NCBI GenBank assembly: GCA_002633005.1
Contig: NMRA01000514.1
Span: 190,848 to 254,847, forward strand
Direction: 5' to 3'
Length of the DNA stretch: 64,000 bases
DNA from: Phoronis australis
Taxonomy: Eukaryota > Animalia > Phoronida
Below the pieces are notes generated by a model. The model was given only the letters and a program-made list of their open reading frames with translations, was not told the origin of the DNA and did not search any database. Positions within the stretch are counted from its first letter, which is position 1, and every line of letters begins with the position of its first letter. A program made the position numbers and the translations under genes. Below are positions 34,911-46,989 of this stretch, piece after piece.

Positions 34911-37707
34911 TAGTCAGGTTTGTTGTGTCATTTTGTTGGAATTTTTTGGGGGAAAGTAGAGACTATACATTTTAGGAAACCTCATGGAATGACAAATCAA
35001 AAAATAATTTATTCCATTTTGGTGGCCATCTTGGCGGCCATCTTGGATTTTTAAAAAGGGCGCCCGTAAAATAAATTTTTCTCAGTATCTTTGCTCTTGG
35101 GTCACTTAGAATGTTAGTTTTAAAGTCTGCACCCACATTTTTGTGGTAAAGAAATCTGAAAAAGCAACTTATTAACCCCATTTATTAGCAGCCATATTTC
35201 TAAACGCATTCTTCATGTAATCCAACACATATGATCACTATCTTACTTTCTTGTATATTTTGTTCGAAGCTTGTTTCCCTCAAGACACTTAAATTAAACC
35301 AGTATCTAAACAACTTATTTACGTTTGCAGAACATGAAAGTATGTTTTTGTAGTGTCAATAGCCTTTCAAAACTTTCAAATCAGTCTATAGACCATTACT
35401 ATCCCCATCACTGCCATCACTGTCACCAGGAATCACATAATCATCACCATTCTGACATTCTGCACTACACTGACATGGATCTGTGTAAGGTAGGTCCTTT
35501 GATCGGCAAGAGCATCTTTGGGAACTTTTTTGCTCTGGCGTCTAACCATTTCGATGATGGCCTTTGGCGCCGGAAGCTCGTCAGTTGTGAGGGTATCAGC
35601 CGGTCATCTTTGTCCTTGTAAATTCATTCTGCAATGGGTCAAGGAACTCATGGCCCTGTGGTGAGTATGCAGCACATGTAAAAGGGGGCTAATCTCAAAA
35701 AAGGTTCACCTGTTGCTTCATAAGCAGTACAAAAAGTCCGCAATGCATTGATATCATCAGTGTTTGCCTTCAAATATATATTCAACCTACAGAATGGACC
35801 AGTGTTGTCTGTCCATGTAAAAGCATGGAAAACCGGAAGAGCCTTTGCCCGGACAGCACCTAGTGTTGTCCATACTGGATCCCAGATGCCATGGGGACTG
35901 AAGTATTTCTGAGAAGCCTGTCATAATAGGCAATGGCGAGTACCAGTAAATCTGTGTCGGGTAAAAAAAACATCAGCTGAAAATCAGGGACGTTTTGATG
36001 TGATGCCAAAACTGAATGATGTATTAGCAATATATGTGCTTGTTCCTGATTGTTTTCTTCTAAGCGTAGATCACGTCGGTTGCTCTTTGTGCATACTGAA
36101 GCTGAAGTAATGGCTATCTCGTCAGAGTCTTTGCTATATTCAAGTGTTTTTGTAGACAGATATTCAGTAATTTGCGCCTTTTTTGGTCTTGGGAGAGGAA
36201 ACGGATCATTGGGATGTTCTGTATGCAAGTCTCATCTCTTATCTGGTACTGCACTTGGCCCTTTCTTTGCCTCCTTTTTTCTCTTGTAGCTGGTTTCAAA
36301 GAGTTGTCTTTGTGGGTGTCAACAACCAGAATGATATCGTCATAATCTCCAGTTAAGAACATCACTTCAATACTATACACACAATGCAGTTTTGTGGCTT
36401 GGGTGAACACACTCAGTGGATGCTGTTTACATGTTTTCTGGATCTAAAACCTCTCTTGCAGCGGACTGTCCTGTTATAAGACGTCTGCTTCGGAAAGTTT
36501 CAGCAGAAGGTGGATTCGATTCGACTTGTCTGTGCATGGCAGTACTGCCCCACTGGCAGCAAAGATTGCTCTTGGTGTTAGGGTGAATTCATAGTGGCTG
36601 ATAACATGTTTCTGGTCGATTTGCCTACAGCTGGTCACCCAGTACTGTAGCTGGATTGCCATGGGTGAGTAGATTATGTCTAGTTGTTGCTGTGCCAAAG
36701 AAGTCGGCTTCTATCCAGGCATCATCTATGCCAGAAATCTCTATGGACGTCCGAAGAGCTCTCAGAGATGCCATTACAGCATGCAATTCACCAAGTCTTG
36801 GGTTCACTGTTTGTTCAGGTCTGGTATCTAGGAACTGCACAACCCTCTGGTATAGACACACGTCACATGAAGTGACAGTTGGATGAGCTTTGTCAACAAA
36901 CAGCCTCCTCAACTGGCTCGTCTGCATAACAACTGTTAGCAGGGTCGATCACTCATGGGCCACCTCTGGAAAAAGTGATAAGGGGCCAAGCTCAGTGAAA
37001 GACTGGCTTGTAGGGATCAGTGAGTTGTAGCCCGCCCAGCAGGCTACAACTTCTGTTGTTCTCGTCATTGATCCTCAGCCTGGTTACTGCCAAAATTACC
37101 TGCCATCCGACTGTCAAAGGCAAAATGTATTTACATTGAGTAGAAGAGAGCTGGTTTCCAAAGTGAACAGGGGAAATAATATCGAAATCTTCAAAGATAT
37201 GTCTCAAATGCCTTTTCAAAAAAATGTAGATATACATGTATACTGTAAATAAAGGTTAATCTGCGTTACTGGGATTCCTGTAAATATTCTGAGGGTTTGT
37301 AGCTGCTATTAAAAATCATTTAGATTATATGCATTATTTTAGAAATAGTGTTTTCAATTCCTTACCCCCAAAAATGCGGGTGCAGACATTAAAACTAACA
37401 TTCTAAGTGACCCAAGAGCAGAGAAATTCCAAGATAGCCGCCAAGAAAATTAAAATTTCCAATTCATTGACTTCAGAACTGCAGGTGTAGCCATAAAAAC
37501 TGAGTTAAACATTCTCAGTGACCAAGGGCGGATATTTTACCGGCGCCATTTTTGAAAATCCAAGATGGCCGCCAAGATGGTCACCAGAAAAATGAAATAA
37601 ATTATTTTCTGATTTGTCATTCCATAAGGTTTCCTAAAATGCATAGTTTCCACTTTCCCCAAAAAAATTCAACGAATGTCAAAATTTGGACATAGTGACC
37701 CTGACTA
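34911..37707 (-). mobile_element. Academ (AcademX-like) DNA transposon, internally deleted and decayed
   Basis: Termini TAGTCAGG...CCTGACTA flanked by TGA direct repeat; long imperfect TIRs (about 260-350 bp); minus-strand fragments RLGELHAVMA, EQAHILLIHH, DTDLLVL, ALPVFHAFTWTD (XPG/H3TH-like) with stops/frameshifts. Confidence 0.75.
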
Positions 37708-37961
37708 TGATCTGCGGCAGCCTAATGCAGTGCTAAAATCAGCCACTACCAGCTGACACTTTGTTGGTTTCTTATAATGTATAAGATCATGTTGAAACTT
37801 TTCATTTAGACGATTTACCATAAGTGTTTCTTCTGAGCCGCCATAAGAGCAATGTGTATAATTCGATTTTCGTTTTCAGCCCTCTGTATTGGGCGAAATT
37901 CAAATTTACGCAATGATTACAATCTAGTCTGAAACTAATTTAGTAGTACACGTCAATATTT

Positions 37962-40900
37962 TTACAAGGTGACATCGATGGCCGAGCAACTGGTAGCTTG
38001 AAGAGTTGCAAAACACGTCAAGAATGAAACTGTTAAGACAAGTACATTTGCAGTGTTCAAGGACGCCGAGCCATGGGTTGTTGACTGAGTCTTCATTGAC
38101 GTTGTCTGTTCCAATGTGGTTGTCATAGCGACAGACGTTGTGACAGGTGGCGCTGATTCCGTTATTGTTGTGGCAATCGTGTAAGTGGCGGGCGAGGTTG
38201 ATAAGGACGTGGTCGGTGAAACCACTGTACACTGGCCGATTTTCACGTCGTCTATGGCAATCACTGCGTTTTTTATTCTCGCCGTGGCTGCAAATACAAG
38301 CTGTTGTTTTGCTTCGGCGAAAATCGGCACATTCCGGGCATGTTGCCACTCGTTTTTCATATCCTCACCTCCTTTGCTGAAGACGCTTTGTCCACTTTGG
38401 GTCACAACGAGCGTTAATGGATCTTCAACTTCGCTGGCGTTGCTGGTGTTGTAGAGGAAGTAATAGAAATCGACGCACCAGTTTGACCGACCGATGATCG
38501 GGTTAGAAACGACCAGAGCATCGTATGAAGTTTCCGGTAATGTGGTTTCGACAATCTCGAATAGGAGGACATACCCTGTAAAACAGTAAAAACAGTAATG
38601 TCATCTCGAAATAGATACAATAACTAAAAATAGATAGATAAAAATAAAATTCAAATTTACTCCGCTAACTGCAAGTCGGTACGTTAGACTAAGTCAGAGT
38701 CCTTTTTACATGACGAAGTGCCTGCCATTACCAACCTGGTCCAATTTCGTTCTTGGAATGTCTGAAGCATTCTTTCAGTGATGAAACAAGCTGGAACGAG
38801 CGGAACGTCACAACTTTCACCAGAAGACTGGAGAGATCGAATTAACTACTCAATAAACGAAGCACTGTTTTCTTGCAAGAGTAAAATCTTACCAGTCGAA
38901 CAATAACAATGTCATAACAGCTAACACAAGAGCGTTATCTGGCCAAAAACATGATTTGAATGCAACGCCATCCATTCAGTTCTTACTCAGATTGCACAAC
39001 GCTTCGTAAGTTCTTCCATTAAGTTTTCCCGATTTTGAGGTCCTGCTGCATGAGAACTAAATGTGTGTGATGGAGACGCGCTTCCCCATGGCTGCATTCT
39101 TTAGACAAGAATTTTGCGAGTGGCTAGTGTGCGTGGCGATATCTTGCGTGGTCTTCCGTTCTTGCTAGATTCTTGCGTCAACTAAACGCAATCCTGTATC
39201 GGCACAAGGTGGCCACTGGTCTGAATCGTATCGATGAGGGACACTTCCGGTGTAAGAAAAATATGCCACATTGACTAAAGACGTCTTCAAATGGGCCTTT
39301 CGAGGGTCATGTCGATTGCCATATACATTCCATGTGAAGCAGCCTATAAGTTAGTAAACTGTTCGAAATGAAGCCTGAGACCCGTTCCAACAAAACTGAC
39401 TTAGCTAAGACAAATCCTAAATTTTAGTAAATTTTAAAATTAAAGTTAAATTTGTCTCAAAACCAATTCAAAAAGAGATCTTAAGTTTGAATTAACTGTG
39501 TGACGTTAGTTTTGTCTTAAATTTCACTAACTAACAGAATGTGGAAGTTTCAAAGTGCGTAATTTAAGACAAATCTTTAACTTAAGTCAAAAATGAACTT
39601 AAGTCAGTTTCTTGGAACAGGCCCCTGGTCTACAGTCGCACGCTTTCCGCTGTAGGTTGTCGCAGACGTTGTTTACTACGGCTCATTGCGGGAAATAGAC
39701 TATACTACTAAGATCGCCAATTCAGTTAATTTTCAATAGACAAAATCTGTGATCGTGTCCACAAAGTGCGAACAACATTGTTATTGGCCGAGAAGCCGCT
39801 ATTCACTAGCTACGCCAACCTCCCGTTCAGTAACGCTAGGGCCTCGCTAAAAAGCAAGACTTCGCGAGATTACGTGAGATATTGCCGTGCATTTTAAATA
39901 AGAACACGTGACTTTGACTAGGTTTTAGCTAGGTACTAGCGTAGGTCCTAGCGTCTACTGAACGAACGCCAGGCGTGCGTTCAGTAGACGCTAGGACCTA
40001 CATGTACGCTAGGACCTAGCTAAAACCTAGTCAAAGTCACGTGCTCCCATTTAAAATGCACGACAATACCTCACGTAATCTCGCGAAGTCTTGCTTTTAA
40101 GCGAGGTCCTAGAGTTACTGAACGGAAGGCTGGTTTGAGTCTCGGTTTTACTTCCGGCAAGTAAGTCGTCTGCTCACTAAGTGGTGCCTCTTCTAGGAAT
40201 TCCATATGAAAATATTGTCTACGATCTGTGGTGCGGGAGTCTCTGAGAAGACAGCAGTTCTTACAACCAGGATTCATGTGCACTTAGACAGTCGCAACTT
40301 ATGTACTAACCTGGTGTTGGATGCCCGGCAGACGGCAGGCTTGTGTTGGTGGCATTCACTCGGCGCCAGGTGGCGGTGTGATCGATTTGACTCTGTAGGC
40401 CACACATTGAGTGCTCGAAGTCGCAATCCATTTCATATAGAAACCTAAAATCGAAAGCATATCGCTGAAGTTGTGTTTCGTAGCTAAAATTTTGAGTGGG
40501 CCTTTACAAGAATCCAAACCCGGTTTCGTCTATTAACATTTATTACAAACGGCTTTCTCATCTAGTTCTCTGAAACAAAAGAATGCTCTGCAACAACACT
40601 CAAATATTTCGAGCAAAGTTTAAATTTCCTTGAAAAATCTGTCAGGCAAATATGACTTACCCGCCAAATTTAGGGAAAAGCCATTCATCAAGAATCATAA
40701 CATCCCAACAGTGACAGAGAAAGCATGAGCTTTTATTTGAAACCTGCTTTTACCATCCACGTGGAACGCAAATGGTGCATTACCATGTGATAGAACGAGG
40801 ATTGGTTGAAATACCGAAAGCTCTGGCTTTGGTTTCATTTTAAGAGCTCTTTTCAGGGCATAAAATTGATATAAAGATTAGCTATGCAAAGCATGAGAGT

Positions 40901-43900
40901 AAAATATTTTTGGACCAATGCGATCCACTGAAAGTGGTCTAAAGCAGTCTTATTCCATCGGCATTTTATTTTGCCCTCTACTTCAAAAGGAAATTACTCA
41001 CAAAGACATACTTCTGATGTCTTCAACCTTACCCAATCATTCCTGGGTTTTGTTTTGTTTCGTGAACGTGGCTTAAGATTTAAGACAGAAAGTTGACCTT
41101 ACGCACCTCAAAACTATTTCTGAAAAAATAATTAAAACCTCTTTTTAAATCATTGTTTAATCATTTATTTTGACACCAGCGTTTTTCAACTATCATTCTA
41201 GCAGTGCGTTCTAGAAATAAGCGCTTACTTCTACTCAGCCACTATATGACGTCGTACCCAGACAACCAACTCGAGTATTAAATGGGATAAGCTGTGTGCC
41301 AGGCCTATATTCTATAACTGCCTGTACGCATGCGGAATATGAATAGGTTCACCTGTCCGCCATATTTGTTTTCTGCGGTGAATTTGTGACTGTCCAGAAA
41401 CTTTTTCTTCGGATGACGTCAGCAGCTAGCAGAAAATGGTAACAAATTTGCCACTATTGGACACAGCAGGCTGCGGTGTTATAAAGGTTCTTAAACGAAT
41501 ACCTTTCTGAGCGCACTTTTGCTTATTAGTATTAGTTCTTCAACGCGCTGTTATGGTTCATAAAGGAATCAAAACCTTTCTGTACTTACTCAACAGGCAG
41601 AATTGCTTATCCGTTGTGTACTCATGATCACTTTATATATTCCAATCGCGTCCGTGCTCTCAAATCTCAAAATGGCGGAAGACTCTCAGATTGTTCAAGT
41701 GACCACGTAAATGATGGCACCGTTAGCTTTGGACTGAATGTAAACTTTTTTTGACTGAACATAACGAATAACTAATTCAGAGCAGTGAATAAGCAGCACT
41801 ACGTGTAAATTAAGCAACAGCGCGCGTTGAATAACAACAGAAAGAAAATCGTTTAAAAAATTGAGCGCGTTGCATTATCACGCGTTAAATAACTAACTCA
41901 GCGCCTTGATTACCCAGTACTACGCGTGAAGCAAACGCGTTGAAGAACAGCAGAAAGATATTCGTTTAAGAACCAATTTACCTCGTTGATTATTCAATTC
42001 TACCCGTTGCTTGAGCAAAAGTGCGTATTGAATAACTACATTTCATCGAGCAAAAACTATGAATCACTTAAAGGGTCATAGAGTGTGAAAAACAGACTAA
42101 ATTGCACTACTGAAAGTGGTTCTCTACCACTGAAACAGTCAAACTGTTCACGATTTGTTCGAAAAGTCTTTGAGTTCCTGGACGATTTGAGATGTATTTG
42201 GAGTACAGTGAACGGGAAATGTTGAAACAGTTGCTATGATATCAGTGGCTATCCACATAACCTCGGATATTGGAAGGATGGCTTAAGTAATTCAGTTCAT
42301 TCCAAATATGGTAAACCCGCCAAATACGTTGCAAAATCTGATATTACTATACGTAGCAAGGTACACAGTGACGTCACTCGGAAGTAGGTGAACTTCGTAT
42401 CGAATGAGCATAATTTCAAGTACATATATATTATTAGGGGGGGAGAAAACTGTATTGGGATGAAAGAGTTTTTATTTCGTCTGTGTTTCAAAAATAGTGA
42501 GACTGACGATTTCATCTAGAAATTCTTGCAATATTCAAAGTGAATAACTCACTTTAGTATCCTCCAAGAAGCAAACTGGCCACGATCTGTTTAAAAGTTA
42601 TTTTACGAGTTTTTGCGTGACATACCTGGCAAACTTGTTAATCTACAATCTACAGCCTACACTGGGGCTATAGCATTAGATAGTGTTCTGCTTGACTGAG
42701 TTTGTGACATAACGCGTAGTTACCAAGATTGGTGAACCAGCTGATAGCAGTTGGAAATAGAGGAAAGTCAAGTGTCATCATGCAAGACTTAGCATGCGTT
42801 ACAAGGAAAAACAAAATATCCTACCTAACAGATGGGTCGGGTACCTTCTTAACAAATGGGCACATGTATACTCTCACGTCGTCAATGGCTACACGTACTC
42901 TCGTTCTCGGAAGTGACGTAACCACTGAAATGACCAATCTGAACTTTCCTGGTGTGGACAAGGGGAACACCAGACGAGTCCAACCAGCTTTGTTTCTGTT
43001 AAGCGTGGCATTGATAATTTCATCAAGATATTGTTCGCTGCTGTAGTTATAGACATGTAGAGACCCCTGGCCGTACTGGTAGTAATAAAGTTCCGAGCAG
43101 TACGTATAGTTGTTGAAGGGCACATCAACGTCAAAAGTTACCAGCCAGCCATCTTTGTCTTCGCCCTGAGTGGAGTAGCTTTCTGCATAACTGTAGTAGC
43201 CTAAAACAAATTTAATTTTGTATGATAAAATATTTATTTAAACAAACTAAGCGTCATGGGCCTGGCGACTGATCAACAAGGTGAAAACTATGGGATTAGC
43301 CATCAACAAAGTTCTTGGATATCATATTTTTCTTTAATTCATATTTTTGCCAGACGTGCCTTTCTTTATGGGTCCTTAACAAAAAATTATTCAGTGATCT
43401 TCATATTTTTTGTCAAGTTTGTTATAGACAAAGACCAAAATACAAGTACGAACATTTAAAAATTATTCAATCATAAATTAAACATGACTTCACGGCTTTT
43501 TCGCATACTGTGTCGAACCCCCCTTTGGTAGAAAGAAATTTTCACACAAGCTTTAAGTCCAACCTTGTCCCGAATTAAATGAGGCTCTTTCAACACATAG
43601 GAGGATTCTGGGGGGCAGGGGGCCGCTTCCGCCCCCTTGGCTGCAGCAGGCAAAATGAAGCGAGAAGAAATATTGAGTTCAGTAACTAGAACTGGTGGCT
43701 TAGACCCCAGACAGCGGCGGAATCGTGTCCCCGTTTACTTTTTCTTTGTAGTCCATCGATAGATTTCCTGAAGAGCTGGTGCCCGTTCGAACAAAACTGA
43801 CTTAGCTAAGACAAATCTTACATTTCAGTAACTTTTAAGGTATAAGTTAAAGTTGTCTGAAAACCAATTCAAGAAAGAGATTTTAAGTTTGATTTAAGTG

Positions 43901-46074
43901 TTTGACATAAGTTTCGTCTTAATTTTGACTAACTTACCAATTGTGGAAGTTTCAAAGTTTGGAATTTAAGACAAATCTTAAACTTAAATCAAAAATTAAC
44001 TTAAGTCAGTTTCTTGAAACAGGCCCATGGTCCACATCGCCAGTCCCTCGCAACTTTCAGGCCGCCTGTGTACATGCAATCACGCTTTGCCCGATTTCCC
44101 AAGGCAACATATTGCCCACCCCCTCCCCCTTATGGTATGATATATCCGCCACTGCAAAATGTCATCATGTTAAAGCAACAGATGTTAGTATACGAACTTC
44201 ATATGTTTAGTTTTTGAATTACGTCACAGCTGAATTGCATTGAGTTTTTTATACATGTTTAATCGTTTCGATGACCGTTTTATAGGAATGTGAATATAAC
44301 TTGGTCCAATGATCCTTACCTTCATACAGGTCTAAGCAAGGTCAGAACCTATGTTAATAGCTGTGCATCTTAGAGATGTTCTCGTGAGAATGTAAGGTTG
44401 AATTACCTTTCGCTGTTCCCGTTGTGTGGTCAACCATGGGTCTGCTTTCATCCTCTTTGTGCGCTTGACCAGCCTCAGACCAGGTCCAGTCAAAGTCATT
44501 GAAGCGATCATTTGTGAACATGCAGCTACTACCTTCAAAATCACAGCGTAACAACGGTTCTGCTGGTGGTGACGGCCACGATCCATTTTTCTCGCATCCA
44601 AAAAGTCGAATGTCGTCAATTGCGACAACCCCGTTGTCAAGGGATACGTTGGCACGCACGTGTATTGAATAAGTGTCTTCCGGAAGTTCCATAATTGCTC
44701 TTTGCCACACTGTTCTGTTTGGGGCGCTCAAATTGAGCCATGTCTCGTGCAATGTTCCAGCGTCCAGTGTTACTGTCAAAGCGTGGAATCCACTACCATT
44801 AGTGAAATGGTAGAACTCGAAACATTTAGACTTATTTTCGAAATTCACTTCAGAAGTAAACACTGAAGCTTCGATATTGGATCCGTTGAGGTACAGAAAA
44901 TGTCCTGAAATAAGTACCAGTGTCAGTCATTATTCTCATTCAGTCATGCAAGCTTAGAAAGCGTGACGCTTCATATGTCAAGCTATTCTGTGTCAACAGT
45001 GTTTCTTAACTTAATCATTACCTCTCTGTCTCTTGTCTGTTTCAGAAGACAAAAATCATTTGTTCAAGAAAACGTAAACATGAATCCATCTGAGAGAGGA
45101 AGTAGTTCCTCTGTTAAATTATTTTCTGATAAATCCTTCTAAAGATACGTCATCTGGGAAGTTTCGAGGCAAGTTGTTTTGCAAATTTGACATGCAAGTG
45201 TACAGAAAGTCTTCTCGCGATATTGTTTCACACGTGAGCTCGTGTACATGTTGGATTTACTAGCAGCTCACGATAAAAAAATGGCCGCTACTAAAAGAGA
45301 AAACGGCTAGGCCGGAAGTGTTGAATTGTGGGAGTACACTTGTCCTCACGGTATGAGTCGAGATTCATGTAACAATTAGACGCTGCCGAAGGATTTACTT
45401 TAAGCGCAACCATGAACTCTGTATTGCCTACTCACCCGACGCATTCCGGTACGTGTGATCTACAGATGGCATGTATCGGCTCTGTCCTGCAGTCGCGTTT
45501 CCTTTTGTGACAATCCAGAACCTGTCCCACTCAATCCACTCACAGGATGATTCAAAATCACATTTCAAGTCTCCCGGCTGATACGCAGAAGAGCTCGCTA
45601 AAAAGAGCAAGAATTTTCACTCATGTCGTGTATGAAGTGTATTTTCAATTGTTACGTGTTTATCTGTGTATGAATACATTTCATATTCACTTTATTCAAT
45701 GCCAAAGCACAACTGTCACATGGGCTAATTGATTCCTACAACTTGACAGGTTAGAGATATGTACACAGAGTGACACACATATTTCAAACAATCTTTATAT
45801 CTAGATGAATAACCTGGTTAGATAAAAATCTCTTTAAGACAATAATGTAGGCTTTCATGTATAGGTCCAACGTATTTCTACGTTAATATTGATTTGCATT
45901 TGGACTTAACGGTGGCTGATATACTAAAATCTCCTAATACATTGCTATTGCGTAAGCTTTCTTACACTTTAAAATATAAGTGTTCGTACTCTTGCATAGC
46001 TTTTGTGTTATGCTTTACAAACCTTGGAGTGCAGTAAGTCCTGCAAGAAGAGTGAGAGAAAGCAGTTCATCCAT
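37962..46074 (-). CDS. MAM-domain cell-surface protein: signal peptide, 3 MAM domains, Ser/Thr stalk, probable GPI signal (about 611 aa)
   Basis: Exons 46074-46023 (MDELLSLTLLAGLTALQ), 45597-45436 (CDFESSCEW...DHT), 44904-44407 (GHFLY...CFEFYH...VAIDDI...CDFE...DFDW...DHTTG), 43200-42825 (GYYSY...VAIDDV), 40444-40311 (CDFE), 38575-37962 (WCVDFYY...IAIDDV, Thr-rich stalk, hydrophobic tail, stop); phases all compatible, total 1836 nt. Confidence 0.9.
39378..39624. mobile_element. MITE family A copy 2
   Basis: Same TIRs, CTG direct repeat on both flanks. Confidence 0.85.
39815..40133. mobile_element. Foldback/palindromic MITE in MAM gene intron
   Basis: Two approx. 150-bp arms are reverse complements around a few-nt loop near 39968. 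Confidence 0.85.
43779..44026. mobile_element. MITE family A copy 3
   Basis: Same TIRs/body; flanks CTG/ATG. Confidence 0.85.
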
Positions 46075-46989
46075 GGATCTTCACCAGGTAAACAAGGCCG
46101 TTCATATCGCAAGCAACTTACTGCTACGTGAGGGCTTATCTGTGCTTGATTCCAACTTCCACTCGACCTTGATGTTATATTGCTAGTCATGTGACATATT
46201 GTAATCTGAAGGCTAAGGCTGGGAAAAGGATGTTTAAAACCTATCTTGAACGGTAACACCTGTAAATTTGGTTCCTACATTATGTTAAGAGCCCTGAGCC
46301 CACTAGTGCCATGAATTGCCAAATGTAACGAATTGCTTGACCGTATTGGCGTGCTTTTGTTTACGTCACCGTGAGAATCACCTTTTAATTCAAACACCTG
46401 CGAATAACATTCGCACGCAAGGGTGTTCTATTCAGACCCCTATTTAATACAGCTGTTGTTGGCCTTTTGTTCTTTGTGCTGGGATCTCGCCGGTGATAAA
46501 GCAACATGGCACGAAAATGCAGCTTCACCTAATTGACGGGCTTACATTTGCGTGATTGAACTCTCGTTTTCTTATTTTTTGTCATTCTTTGCTAGGACTA
46601 CCTGGTTATCCCAATATATCTAAAATAACGAAATTCCGTTGAAGTTAGGCTTTAAGCTTATCGCATAAATTTGTACATTTTTACACCTCAAATTTTAGTT
46701 TTCTTTTTCCAGTTTTCCCTGGTTTTAAGCTGATCAGTCTTTATAGCAATCTGATTTTTGTTCCATTTGTTTGTTACTTCATGAAATACGAATAAGTACA
46801 TTCCTATTTTATTTCAGCGTTGCTTTAACAAAACAACGCTGGGTCAGGGTTTCTTTAAAAATCCGCTTGACAACCTTTGCTGGTCTTACGCTGCTTTTCA
46901 TCAAGCTGGGTTGCATAAAAATTTCAACTTGATAATTACATGTCACGTAAAACAACACAATATAGATCGTCTACAAAGAATAACATCAA

